Shown here piece after piece: positions 35,825 to 46,078 of a DNA stretch of 64,000 bases. The notes below the pieces were generated by a model, which was given only the letters and a program-made list of their open reading frames with translations, was not told the origin of the DNA and searched no databases. How positions within the stretch are numbered: position 1 is the stretch's first letter; each line of letters starts with the position of its first letter. The translations under genes were made by a program, and so were the position numbers. The stretch covers positions 7,427,185 to 7,491,184 of the forward strand of contig CM062276.1 in NCBI GenBank assembly GCA_031216635.1, read 5' to 3'. The DNA comes from Dissostichus eleginoides. Its lineage: Eukaryota.

Positions 35825-36885
35825 TTACAGTATTTTTCACTGAGGGCCAGATACAGAAAAATATACGAATGGCTGGGCCACTCACTAGAGCTGAGGCATA
35901 ATGCCTCATAAACAGAGATGGCAAAAGTACACACAGCCTTTACTCAAGTAAAAGTACAGATACTCGTGTTTAAAAACACTCTGGTAAAAGTAGAAGTACT
36001 GACTAAACCTCTTTACTCAAGTAAAAGTAAAGAGGGCTTTGAAATGTACTTAAGTAAAAAGTACCCATAACTAGCAGCTGTTTTAAAGAGTACCTGACCT
36101 CCCTTTATATTAATAGAACAATAATGTCATTGTTAGCTAATGAATGTTTCCATGCTGAACAACGGCAACATGACAACGTTTTCATTGGTCCCTCTTCTTT
36201 AGAGAAGACCAGGAAATGATGGATACACGGATCGTGTTCAAATCAATAGGTACGCAATGACTCTAAATAATAATGATCACGCCACCAAACACACATTCAA
36301 ACTAAAGGAACCAGCCTGTTTGGGAAATGTAAGAAGTAGAAGTAAAAAGTCGTCAGGAAAACAAGTGGTGGAGTAAAGTACTGATACCAGAAAAATGTAC
36401 TTAAGTACAGTAACAAAGTATTTGTACTCCAGTACTTCCCACCTCTGCTCATAAATTAAGTTATGATTTAGCTAAATCTACCAAATGTAGGAACATTTTG
36501 CTTGATAATTGAAAATGCTTTAAGAAAACAAACAGCCTACACAACAGCGCTCCATAGGGTTTCATTTATTTTGTTACAAAAAGTGTTGGCAGCTCATCCC
36601 TTAAAACAGAAGCCTCAGATTGCTTATAATAAGGGGAATTATTAAGGGTATGTTTCAAGCTTGTTATGCACATTTTGGAAAATGTTTTCAACTTGAATTG
36701 ACTGAATTTATTTGAAAATTGGGCTTATAAACACATGAATACTGTGTACATATATATTTTGAAGAAGTACAATAGGTTTCAGGTGTGTGCCATATTCCAT
36801 TATACTTTTAGAATTAGCTGCGGGCCGATTAAAAATGTACCATGGGGCTGCAGCTGGACCCCGGGCCTTAGTTTGGACCCCCCTG
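35825..36885 (-). mobile_element. MITE family A, copy A4 (reverse orientation, 5' end diverged) interrupted by a nested family-B MITE
   Basis: Family-A sequence at 35825-35912 and 36448-36885 (ends ...GTTTGGACCCCCCTG). Family B occupies 35913-36447. Confidence 0.7.
35913..36447 (-). mobile_element. MITE family B, copy B2, inserted into a family-A MITE with a perfect 8-bp TSD CTCATAAA
   Basis: CTCATAAA at 35905-35912 and 36448-36455. The family-A sequence continues on both sides. Confidence 0.85.
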
Positions 36886-36945
36886 GTATAGACAAACATT
36901 TTAGGGAAGACATAAATAAAATAAATTAATGGAGAAGCTGTTTAC

Positions 36946-36991
36946 CTCCAACAGGGAAATCTTTTCTTTCAGCTCCTCTCTGTACGAATGA
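36946..36991 (-). CDS. parp2: PARP2 small exon (G-HSYREELKEKISLLE)
   Basis: Acceptor ctcctccag chosen because it keeps phase with the flanking exons. Donor GAG|GTAAAC. Aligns with QKELSEKIQLLE. Confidence 0.65.
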
Positions 36992-37102
36992 CTGGAGGAG
37001 TTTTCAACCTGGAGAAGGGCATCTGATTAAGTTTCAAAGATCAGTGTCTGCCTGCCACCAATCAGACATTTCTCACAGCGTGAGTGCATCGCTCTAAAGG
37101 TC

Positions 37103-37706
37103 CATTTCCACTACAGGGTTTTAGCGCGGCTCGGTTCCAAGCGAGCTGAAAATATGCTTAGCTAGTGACGTAAAACACTGCCGACTGCTGATTGGTCAGA
37201 GAGAATCACCACAATTTTTGCGCAAGACAGTCCCCAAGCGTAGCATAAGCACCATTTTTAAAACAGACGAGCTACCGTCAGCAAGTATTTCTAATTTCAA
37301 CAAATCCATAAAGAAATGGCAGCAAAATAAGCACGCCGTGGTCGTTTGTCGAGGTACAGACGTTCCTCCATCTCGTTGCGGATGAAAAAATACAGCGGGA
37401 GCTCGACGGCGCAACGCGAAACAAGAAAGTGTACCAGGAGGTCTCTACACTGTTGGCCGCACACGGCTTCACGAGGACTTTCCAGCAGTGTAGAGAAAAA
37501 CAAAAAAAACTGAAGAGTGATTATAGAGCCGTCAAGGACCACAACGGCCGGAGTGGTTCCAGTAGAAAAACATGCCTACACTGCGTGGTTACTATAGTTA
37601 CTACTCTCGTTACTAACTGTAATGGAAACGCAGCTTAAAGTGAGCCGAACCGAGCAAAGGTGAACCGAGCCATGGCGAGCCGCGCTAAAACCTGTAGTCG
37701 AAATGC
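37103..37706 (+). mobile_element. TIR-bounded repeat (CATTTCCACTACAGGGTTTTAGCGCGGCTCG ... inverse) carrying a Myb/SANT-like (MADF/MSANTD-type) DNA-binding-domain fragment
   Basis: The internal ORF ...IQRELDGATRNKKVYQEVSTLLAAHGFTRTFQQCREKQKKLKSDYRAVKDHNGRSGSSRKTC matches the Myb/SANT-like consensus (IQxQLDG..RN..VY..IA..L...G..RT..QCR.K.K.L...YR..KDHN.RSG..RKT). Confidence 0.6.
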
Positions 37707-37743
37707 GGCTTTAAGCTGCTCTAACTGAACACATGTTCCCTAC

Positions 37744-37882
37744 CCAAAGTCATGAGGGATGCGGGTGTAGAACTGGTTGCACGCCTCCAGCAGATCACGA
37801 CTGCTGCCCTTCTTCTTCAGACACTCCTCGATCTTCTTCAGCGCCATGTAGCCTGCTCGGATCTGCTCTGAGGTCAGCTTGC
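37744..37882 (-). CDS. parp2: PARP2 helical-domain exon (GKLTSEQIRAGYMALKKIEECLKKKGSSRDLLEACNQFYTRIPHDFG)
   Basis: Acceptor ctctgcag and donor GG|GTAGGG. Aligns with GKLTVAQIKAGYQSLKKIEDCIRAGQHGRALMEACNEFYTRIPHDFG. Confidence 0.9.
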
Positions 37883-39165
37883 CTGCAGAGAGAAAGAAAA
37901 TTACAGAATTCAAACACTGGAATATTCTTCCACTTGAACTTAAAACCTGTACTGACTGTCACTTGTTCTCTGATGGTGCAAACATATTGATATGAAGCAA
38001 CCAGTCATACCAACATTAATTACACTGTAATCTGAGTTTTTCAATTGTAACTGTATTGTAAATATTATATTTTAACTGTACTATGTATTATTTTATTGAC
38101 CTGTACTTAAATCAAATTTTATAATTGTTTGTGAGATAGAGATGATGCAATGTTTTTGATTGTTATGTGAGCTAATGTGTATGTATATATAGTTATGTAA
38201 ATAAATTGGGGTATAGGTATGTATATACATATTTTATATATATTGTATATCATTTATTTTATACCTCGGGACTGTGGGAAACAGTATTTCGATCTTTCTG
38301 TGTGTACAAACATATTTTGAGATTGACAATAAAGACTTTGACTTGACTTTGACTTTTAGCTCAAATGTGGCATAATCCATCTCTTCTCTTTTCTGAGATT
38401 CATGTATTTGTATGCATGGTCCTTGTAGAAATAAATATAATAATAATAATAATTGGGAACATGAAGCACAACAACGAAAGGTTTGAACATCCTGGTCACT
38501 TGTTCAGTGGTTGCGTTAAGACTTTTTTTTGCTCCTCACAGAAAGAAGAGAAGAGGGGAAGTGTTTCAAAGTTAAAGGTGGGGTAGGTAATTTTGGAGAA
38601 ACCAGCTCGAGTGCGCTAGAATTTGAAAATACACAGCTGGAAAAGATCTGCCACTTCCTTACAGAGCCCCTCCTCCAACACACAAGAACGCGCACATGAC
38701 CAATGAGGGCACGAGATAAGTTTGTGCACAGATGGAAGGCTGACAGGCAGGTAGGCCATCCAGTTATTTTAGCCGGGCCGGCTCAGATGATTGGTCGTGC
38801 TTTTTACAGCGCCACGGCTTCCACAGATAACATTTTTTTATGGATTTTTTGTCAAAGCATTTAATATATTCATTGCTATCGGGATGTTAAGAGCATTCCA
38901 TGGAATATAACAAAAGTGTTCTCGAGCCGGTTTCTCAAACTTACCTACCCCACCTTTAAGGTAGATCCGTTTGAGTCAGTGTTTGCATCTTGTTATTTGA
39001 CGGCTTTAAGATTCTTTGGTCATTATTATAAAAGAAAACGGTCAATGACATTAATAATTTGGATAATGCCATCTCTTCACTTTTCTTTCAACAGCTGAAT
39101 CTCCTCAAAACCTGTTTTATTGCATCAAATAGTAGCAGCTTATATTATTCTAAATGTGTATTTCC

Positions 39166-39737
39166 CAGAGATGGCAAAAGTACACACATCCTTTCCTCAA
39201 GTAGAAGTACAGATACTCGTGTTTAAAGATACTCTGGTAAAAGTAGAAGTACTGACTAAACTTCTTTACTCAAGTAAAAGTAAAGAGGGCTTCGAAATGT
39301 ACTTAAGTAAAAAGTACCCATAACTAGCAGCTGTTTTAAAGAGTACCTGACCTCCCTTTATATTAATAGAACAATAATGTCATTGTTAGCTAATGAATGT
39401 TTCCATGCTGAACAACGGAAACATGACAACGTTTTCATTGGTCCCTCTTCTTTAGAGAAGACCAGGAAATGATGGATACACGGATCGTGTTCAAATCAAT
39501 AGGCACGCAATGACTCTAAATAATAATGATCACGCCACCAAACACACATTCAAACTAAAGGAACCAGCCTGTTTGGAAAATGTAAGAAGTAGAAGTACAG
39601 GTATTTGTGTTAAAATGTAAGAAGTTAAAGTAAAAAGTCGTCAGGAAAATAAGTGGTGGAGTAAACTACAGATACCAGAAACATGTACTTAAGTACAGTA
39701 ACAAAGTATTTGTACTCCACTACTTCCCAACTCTGGT
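39166..39737 (-). mobile_element. MITE family B, copy B3 (TSD GTATTTCC/GTATTTGC)
   Basis: CAGAGATGGCAAAAGTACACAC...GTACTCCACTACTTCCCAACTCTG. In a PARP2 intron. Confidence 0.8.
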
Positions 39738-39860
39738 ATTTGCTCTATTTAAAATGTCGTTACATCAAATTGTGGGTACGTTACTGGTAGAAATGACAGG
39801 GGAAATTCTGATAAAGTTCTGTTATGATGTGATATGTGATGTTGGTTCTGTCAGACTGAC

Positions 39861-40014
39861 CCAGAGGAGCTTTCCTGGTGTCAAACTTCATCTCCAGCAC
39901 AAACTCCTCCATGGCTTTGATGTCACAGATCAGCTCCATGAGCGACTGGAGCTTCTCATTCAGCTTGGAGATCCTCTTCCTGGGTGCAGCATCCACCACA
40001 GCCGTGTTCTCCTC
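39861..40014 (-). CDS. parp2: PARP2 exon (EENTAVVDAAPRKRISKLNEKLQSLMELICDIKAMEEFVLEMKFDTRKAPLG)
   Basis: Acceptor ttccag and donor G|GTCAGT. Aligns with ...RVQELIKLICNVQAMEEMMMEMKYNTKKAPLG. Confidence 0.85.
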
Positions 40015-40087
40015 CTGGAACAGTGAATTACATTAATATACATAATAATAATGGATGATATTTAAGAGAAATATAACTTGTTGGTTG

Positions 40088-40205
40088 TTTGCCTTTTCAT
40101 TGGTGCTGTAGTCCATGTAGACCATGTCGTATTTCCCCGCAACTTTGTCAAAGGTTGCTCGGTGTTCCCACTCATTCTTGGTCTTGTCTGTAAACCTGTG
40201 GGGCG
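40088..40205 (-). CDS. parp2: PARP2 exon (FTDKTKNEWEHRATFDKVAGKYDMVYMDYSTNEKANNQQ)
   Basis: Acceptor cccacag. The donor GTTATA is weak. Aligns with FLDKTKNNWEDREKFEKVPGKYDMLQMDYATN. Confidence 0.75.
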
Positions 40206-40281
40206 AATCAGACACAGTTTCAGAATGTATTCAACCCAATTCAATGAGATGTATCAGAAATGACTTTTTTTTTTATCTCAC

Positions 40282-40357
40282 TTTTTCTTGAAGATATCTT
40301 TGGCTTTCAGCAGGTCTGAACCGCACGCTGTCAGACTGTTTTGACCCACTTTTCCAA
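40282..40357 (-). CDS. parp2: PARP2 WGR-domain exon (VGKVGQNSLTACGSDLLKAKDIFKKK)
   Basis: Acceptor tttttcag and donor AA|GTGAGA. Aligns with VGKMGQHSLVACSGNLNKAKEIFQKK. Confidence 0.85.
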
Positions 40358-40485
40358 CTGAAAAACAATGGAGAAACCATCTTAGTGTTATTAATCAGTT
40401 AGTTCCAATCTATAGGCTTGGGTTGATGTCCTGCGTAAATGCAAATACTTAAATATATTTAAAATAAAAGGGCTTATAAACGTAC

Positions 40486-40582
40486 CTCTGCCCCATCTCG
40501 CCCACACACTGTAAGCCTTGGAGCTGTCGTCCTGCAACAGCTGGATCAGGTAGTATTTGTTGTTGTTGAACTGGAGATTTGT
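40486..40582 (-). CDS. parp2: PARP2 WGR-domain exon (TNLQFNNNKYYLIQLLQDDSSKAYSVWARWGR)
   Basis: Acceptor ttttgcag and donor AG|GTACGT. Near-identical to the human QTNLQFNNNKYYLIQLLEDDAQRNFSVWMRWGR. Confidence 0.9.
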
Positions 40583-40832
40583 CTGCAAAATAAGACGGAA
40601 ATGATTTGCTGCGAGCCTGAAAATCTATTTACGGACATTCCTTACTTTGTAGGAGAAAATAGTCAGAAATGTATAAAAGGGAAGAGGCATAGTCAAATAT
40701 ATTTAGCTCTCAAATCCAACCTGAAACCTGGGCAAACACTTGTGATTGGAATATCTATAAAACTTACTATTTTTAGTCAGTTATTGCTACTCAAAAAACT
40801 AAAAGAAATCATAGAGTATTTAAATATTTTAC

Positions 40833-40883
40833 CTGATTCAGCATCACGTCGTAAACATCCTTTCCTTCACTGTACACATAAGC
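40833..40883 (-). CDS. parp2: PARP2 WGR exon (AYVYSEGKDVYDVMLNQ)
   Basis: 17 codons, GT-AG. Aligns with AHVYCEGNDVYDVMLNQ. Confidence 0.85.
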
Positions 40884-41274
40884 CTGAAGAAGAAATTAAC
40901 CAGTTATTTTAATAAAAGGCAACTGCACCTATCTGCATTTTGTAAACGGGGAAGTAGAAACATGTTATTCCTGAAAAATGTTCATTTCCTTTCTTTACAC
41001 TGTATTTTTTGTTGCATTTTATCAAGTAAAAGTGTTTGTACAAAACACATTTAAATATCAATAACTGCAGTCATACTTCTTGTAGCATGTGCTTTAGCTG
41101 TAAACTGCCCAGTTATTCAAAAGCAAAGTGAGACACAGTCATGTATAGTAAACCACAAATGGTTTCATGTCAACAGGAGGAACTGTAACCGGATGTTTCT
41201 GCAGGTGTTGAACCACTAGCAGGACCAATGTGGATCAAGAGTTTCATATCTGGCGTGTGGACAGAGACGAGTAC

Positions 41275-41345
41275 CTTTCCCAGTTTGGCTTTACATTCGA
41301 TGTCCACTGGAGCTTTTCCCTTCATGACCACCGTCCTCACCACCT
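41275..41345 (-). CDS. parp2: PARP2 exon (E-VVRTVVMKGKAPVDIECKAKLGK)
   Basis: Acceptor tgaacag and donor AAG|GTACTC. Aligns with ALLLKGKAPVDPECTAKVGK. Confidence 0.8.
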
Positions 41346-42415
41346 CTGTTCAGCATCCAAAGATCAGAGAGAAACCATTAATGATGTCAACTGATATTTG
41401 ACTGAAGTACAGGTAAACCATTTTAACCCTAAGGTCTTACTTTAAATATGTTGCTCTGGTGTCTTCACAGGACACACATTTCTACTTCAAAACAATTGCC
41501 ATAATTATTTAATAAGAATATTTTACACTTTCACTGATATATATATCTTGTAACCAACCTCATCACTACCACATATTAATGGATTAAAGGATAATGTAAC
41601 CAGTGGCAGTTTGTTTACATCAATCAAACCAGAGGAGACTGTGAAGTCCACCGCAGACGGACCACTTTTGGACAAAATGTCCTTTCCATTAAAGGCAGCT
41701 CATTGTGGAATAGCCTCCCAACTGAGATACGGGATAGTCCCACTCTCAATAGCTTCAAAGGTCAACTCAAAGAATGGTTGAGAAACAAACAGACGTGCAA
41801 TCACCGCTAAATGCACTTTAACACAGGGGTATCTCCTCTTGCACTTTAGGTAGCTCTTGTATCCTCTCTTGCACTTTAGGTAGCTCTTGTATCCTCTCTT
41901 GCACTTTAGGTAGCTCTTGTATCTCCTCTTGCACTTTACATGTCGTTGCTGCTATATTGTATTACCATGTGGTAAATACTTGTGTATGCTGCTCTTGCTC
42001 TTTTGCACTTTTTGCATATCATGTATTTTGTTTTTGCTATGTTTGTAAAATGTAAACTTCTTAAATGTTTTATGTGAGGGACTGCGGATGGAAATGAGCT
42101 CAAAGCTAAATCAGGCACTGTTACGCTTGACACATTTGAATGTTTTAAGTGTTCATTACCGTGCATTGTCCCTGCCAAATAAACGATTAAATAAAATAAT
42201 CAAATCAAGGTTGTTAATGATATTTTTATATTTCTATATTGTGCTTTTAGTTAGATTTAGATTTTGTCTGAGTGTCAGTATTTTGGCAATACAAATTATT
42301 TCAGATACATTTTATAAAAGAAGCTGAATTTGACCTTGCAAAATTTTAAAAAAAAACTAGGAAGAATAATTCACACTCTTTCAGGAACAATGTAAAAGCC
42401 AAAATGTCTCGTTAC

Positions 42416-42580
42416 CTTCACTTTTGACTTCTTCTTTGGGCATCTTTTGACTTTTTGCCTGACTCTTTCCTCCTCTCTTCTTTTTAGCCACAGGTTGCTG
42501 CTCCGTCTCCTCCTCTTCCTCTTTAACTTCAACTAAAGTCCCATTTTGGGCCGCCGAGTCCCCGGCGTCATTCACACCTT
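42416..42580 (-). CDS. parp2: PARP2 N-terminal basic/acidic exon (EGVNDAGDSAAQNGTLVEVKEEEEETEQQPVAKKKRGGKSQAKSQKMPKEEVKSE); internal exon with no ATG of its own
   Basis: Strong acceptor ctttttgtag and donor G|GTAACG. Lys-rich like the DNA-binding N-terminal region of PARP2. The listed ORF start is a GTG codon, not an ATG. Confidence 0.75.
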
Positions 42581-42953
42581 CTACAAAAAGACAAACATTT
42601 TTAAAACCTTGGTGAAACGTATATTTTTATAAATGTATTTACAATAACATACACAATATGTTTTATCACTTTCTACTGCATACATCTTTGTATTAGTAGC
42701 ATTAAGGAAATCAAATAAATCAGTGGTTAAAGCAATGTGAAATCGGATAACGGTAATTTGTTGGATTTGTTGGATGTAGAACACCGTTAAAAAACTATAA
42801 GACACTTAAGATCCACATGACAAAGTTATTAACTAAATGCAAAGTCTCACACATTGATGGCAACGACAGAAAAAAATGACAACAATTTTAAATAAAATAA
42901 CCTATTTGCAGTTAAACGGATATTACAGACAGATGAAACACAACAACACACAC

Positions 42954-43157
42954 CTGGTTTCCCTGGGTGAGAGCGAATCTTCCTCTTGTACTTGGTGACA
43001 GGATTAATCTGGACCATTTTGTTCAGGTCGACTTCGTACGGCGTCTCCGAGGCCAGAGTGACGGAGGTTTCTCCTGAAGAGACGGCTGAGTCCAACAAGG
43101 CACAGGCTGAAGAAGAGTATGGTTCCCACTGTCCTTCATCTCCTTCCCACTGCCACA
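42954..43157 (-). CDS. parp2: WWE-domain exon (VWQWEGDEGQWEPYSSSACALLDSAVSSGETSVTLASETPYEVDLNKMVQINPVTKYKRKIRSHPGKP) spliced in-frame (phase 1) onto the PARP2 exon at 42580
   Basis: WWE consensus (W-x-W-E...G-x-W-x-P-Y ... V-x-L-xxMxQ). Acceptor tggtcag (an alternative cag lies 8 nt downstream) and donor CAG|GTGTGT. The phase is compatible with 42580 and produces ...SHPGKP-E-GVNDAG.... Confidence 0.6.
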
Positions 43158-43413
43158 CTGACCACAAACAAACACAGAGTAGGGTGGTGAATATCTAACT
43201 TAAAGGGGACCCATTATACTGTTTTTCATCAATATATTATAGGTCTCAGATATATACAAACATCTCTCTGAAGTGTTTGGCTCCAAACACCAAACAGATC
43301 ATTGCAGCATCCCATAATCCCCTCTGTTTCAGCCCTGTTTCAAAAGTGCTGATTCTCTGTCTGTTACTTTAGATGAAAATAAGGAGCCACTCCCCACGCC
43401 CCTCCGAGAGATA

Positions 43414-45022
43414 CAGGACTGTCTCAGAAAATTAGAATATTGTGATAAAGTTCTTTATTTTCTGTAATGCAATTAAAAAAACAAAAATGTCATACATTCT
43501 GGATTCATTACAAATCAACTGAAATATTGCAAGCCTTTTATTATTTTAATATTGCTGATTATGGCATACAGCTTAAGAAAACTCAAATATCCTATCTCTA
43601 AATATTAGAATATCATGAAAAAGTATACTAGTAGGGTGTTCAACGAATCACTTGAATCGTCTAATTAACTCGAAACACCTGCAAGGGTTTCCTGAGCCTT
43701 GAAAAACACTCAGCTTGGTTCAGTAAACTAAATCACAAGTATGGGGAAGACTGCTGATCTGACTGCTGTCCAGAGGACCGTCATTGACACCCTCCATCAG
43801 GAGGGTAAGACACAAAAATAAATTTCTCAAAGAGCAAGCTGTTCACAGAGTGCAGTTTCAAAGCACATCCACAAAAAGTCTGTTGGAAGGGGGAAATGTG
43901 GCAGGAAACGCTGCACAACCAAGAGAGATGACCGCAGCCTTAACAGCATTGTGAAGAAGAGTCGCTTCCAGAATTTGGGGGAGCTTCAAAGACAGTGGAC
44001 TGAAGCTGGAGTCCAGGTATCAAAAGTCACTGTTCACAGACGTGTCCGGGAAATGGGCTACAATAGCCGTATTCCCATGGTCAAGCCACTTCTGAACTCA
44101 AGACAACGGAAGAGGCGTCTGACTTGGGCTAAGGAAAAGAAGCACTGGACAGTTGCACAGTGGTCCAAAGTCCTCTTTTCAGACGAAAGCAAGTTTTGTA
44201 TTTCATTTGGAAGTCAAGGCGCCAGAGTCTGGAGAAAGGCTGGAGAGGAGCAAAATCCAAGTTGCTTGAAATCCAGTGTGAAGTTCCCACAGTCAGCGAT
44301 GGTTTGGGGAGCCATGTCAGCTGCTGGTGTTGGTCCACTGTGTTTCATCAAGCCCAGAGTAAATGCAGCTGTGTACCAAGAGATTTTAGAGCACTACATG
44401 CTTCCGTCTGCTGAAAAGCTCTATGGAGATGAGGAATTCATTTTCCAGCATGATCTGGCACCTGCCCACAGTGCCAAAACCACCAGTAACTGGTGTACTG
44501 ACCATGGCATTACTGTCCTCGATTGGCCTGCAAATTCCCCTGACCTGAACCCCATAGAGAATATGTGGGGTATTGTGAAGAAGAAGCTGAAAGACACCAG
44601 ACCCAACAATGCTAATGAGCTAAAGGCCGCTATTGAAGCATCCTGGGCATCCATAACACCTCAGCAATGCCACAGGCTGATTGCCTCCATGCCACGCCGC
44701 ATTGATGCAGTAATCCGTGCAAAAGGATTCCCAACCAAGTACTGAGTGCATAAATGGACATTTTCAAATGTTTGATTGTGTTTTGCTGTTATAAATCTTT
44801 TTTTTTTACTTGGTCTGAGGAACTATTCTAATTTTTTGAGATAGGATTTTTGAGTTTTCTTAAGCTGTATGCCATAATCAGCAATATTAAAATAATAAAA
44901 GGCTTGCAATATTTCAGTTGATTTGTAATGAATCCAGAATGTATGACATTTTTGTTTTTTTAATTGCATTACAGAAAATAAAGAACTTTATCACAATATT
45001 CTAATTTTCTGAGACAGTCCTG
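43414..45022 (+). mobile_element. Tc1-like DNA transposon copy 2 (1609 bp, TA target duplication, both TIRs present), nested inside a MITE
   Basis: TIRs CAGGACTGTCTCAGAAAATTAGAATATTGTGATAAAG and its inverse, flanked by TA at 43412-43413 and 45023-45024. Confidence 0.9.
43741..44745 (+). pseudogene. Tc1 transposase coding region, copy 2 (premature TAA after MGKTADLTAVQRTVIDTLHQEGKTQK; otherwise a 264-aa intact C-terminal ORF)
   Basis: The 43951-44745 ORF has a full DDE domain (...DESKFCISFGSQGARVWRK...FQHDLAPAHSAKTT...DWPANSPDLNPIENMWGIVKKK...). Confidence 0.8.
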
Positions 45023-46003
45023 TATTTGGTTAAAAAGAACACAAAGGTGCTCTAGGAGGAGATTCAGGTGATAAGGTGGGGGGGGTTACCTTGGTTGGTG
45101 ATTGGCTAATGGTTACACAAGCCATAAAATCGTTATGACATCATAAAGTGGCCAAAATCTGATCAGCTCATTTTCAGACAGATTTTTATATAAATGGATC
45201 AGGACAAAAAGAGAGAGAATCTTTTTCCCTGAAACGTTCAGAATCTCTTTACACAGAGGGGACACATGTTGATGTAGAAGAGACATGAAAAAGTGGATTT
45301 TGCATGATAGGTGACCTTTAAACAACACTTTGAGTTCTGGTAACATGGGACTTCCAAAGCCTTAAAGAGTGAAAAGAGGCACAGATGGTTCAATCATTTA
45401 AATAAATAAAAAACGTTATGATTTAATAATAAATACTTCTGAACTACGTGATACCAACCAAGGATTGTGGAACAACATTTTTATATTTAATATTAATAGA
45501 CTAACTATGTACATTTTACAAGTTGGGACTGATTACATTAACAAACATTTAATGACATTTATTTTCATTGAAACATATTCAGCACAAATACTTAAACAAT
45601 TAATTAAATTAAAATGTATTTAGTGTAGAGCTATACTATATTTTGCAATCTCCATGAAATGACACAGGGTTTATGTTAAACCCATCTAAAAAAAAGAAAA
45701 CACTAAATATTTATGGCAAGAGGTTGTAACTCTATCCCTCCTTTAAAAACTATGCGTGTGGTGTGATTGTTGACAGTGGTGGACATTAACAGGTTTTACT
45801 AACAAGCTCAACTTGTAACATGTATGGTAGCCACTCTGGGAAGAAAGTTGGTTGTTTTCTAAATACTTTGCAACAACAGTAAATCCTGAATAAACCATAT
45901 ATATTACATTATTTATTCCCCTGCTCTCCCTTGCCCAGACTTGTCATCAACTGACGTCGGTGGAGCAGCTAACGTTAGCTTCAAACGGCTAAAGCGCACC
46001 AAC

Positions 46004-46078
46004 CTGTTTTTGACTGAACTTCCTCCGTTTCTTTTGCATCCTGACTTGTTTTACTCCTGGAACTTCTTGTACGCCTCA
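46004..46078 (-). CDS. candidate first coding exon of the WWE-PARP2 gene (MRRTRSSRSKTSQDAKETEEFSQKQ, donor CAG|GTTGGT) in a CpG-rich region shared head-to-head with METTL17
   Basis: ATG plus 25 codons plus a GT donor. Its phase (0) fits only the downstream alternative WWE acceptor at 43150, so the 5' structure is unresolved. Confidence 0.25.

Larger units (their letters stand above)
43201..45322 (+). mobile_element. MITE family D (termini TTAAAGGGGACCCATTATAC ... GGTGACCTTTAAA), copy D1, split by the nested Tc1 copy 2
   Basis: 43201-43413 and 45025-45322 are colinear with the uninterrupted copy at 53938-54447. The Tc1 sits at a TA within it. Confidence 0.75.

Noticed and set aside
40033-40244. 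The ORFs 40033-40215 and 40062-40244 extend the PARP2 exon through ...VIFLLNIIHYYYVY.
   Set aside because: The read-through is intronic. The splice to 40014 via a weak GTTATA donor is required to keep homology and phase with the downstream exons.
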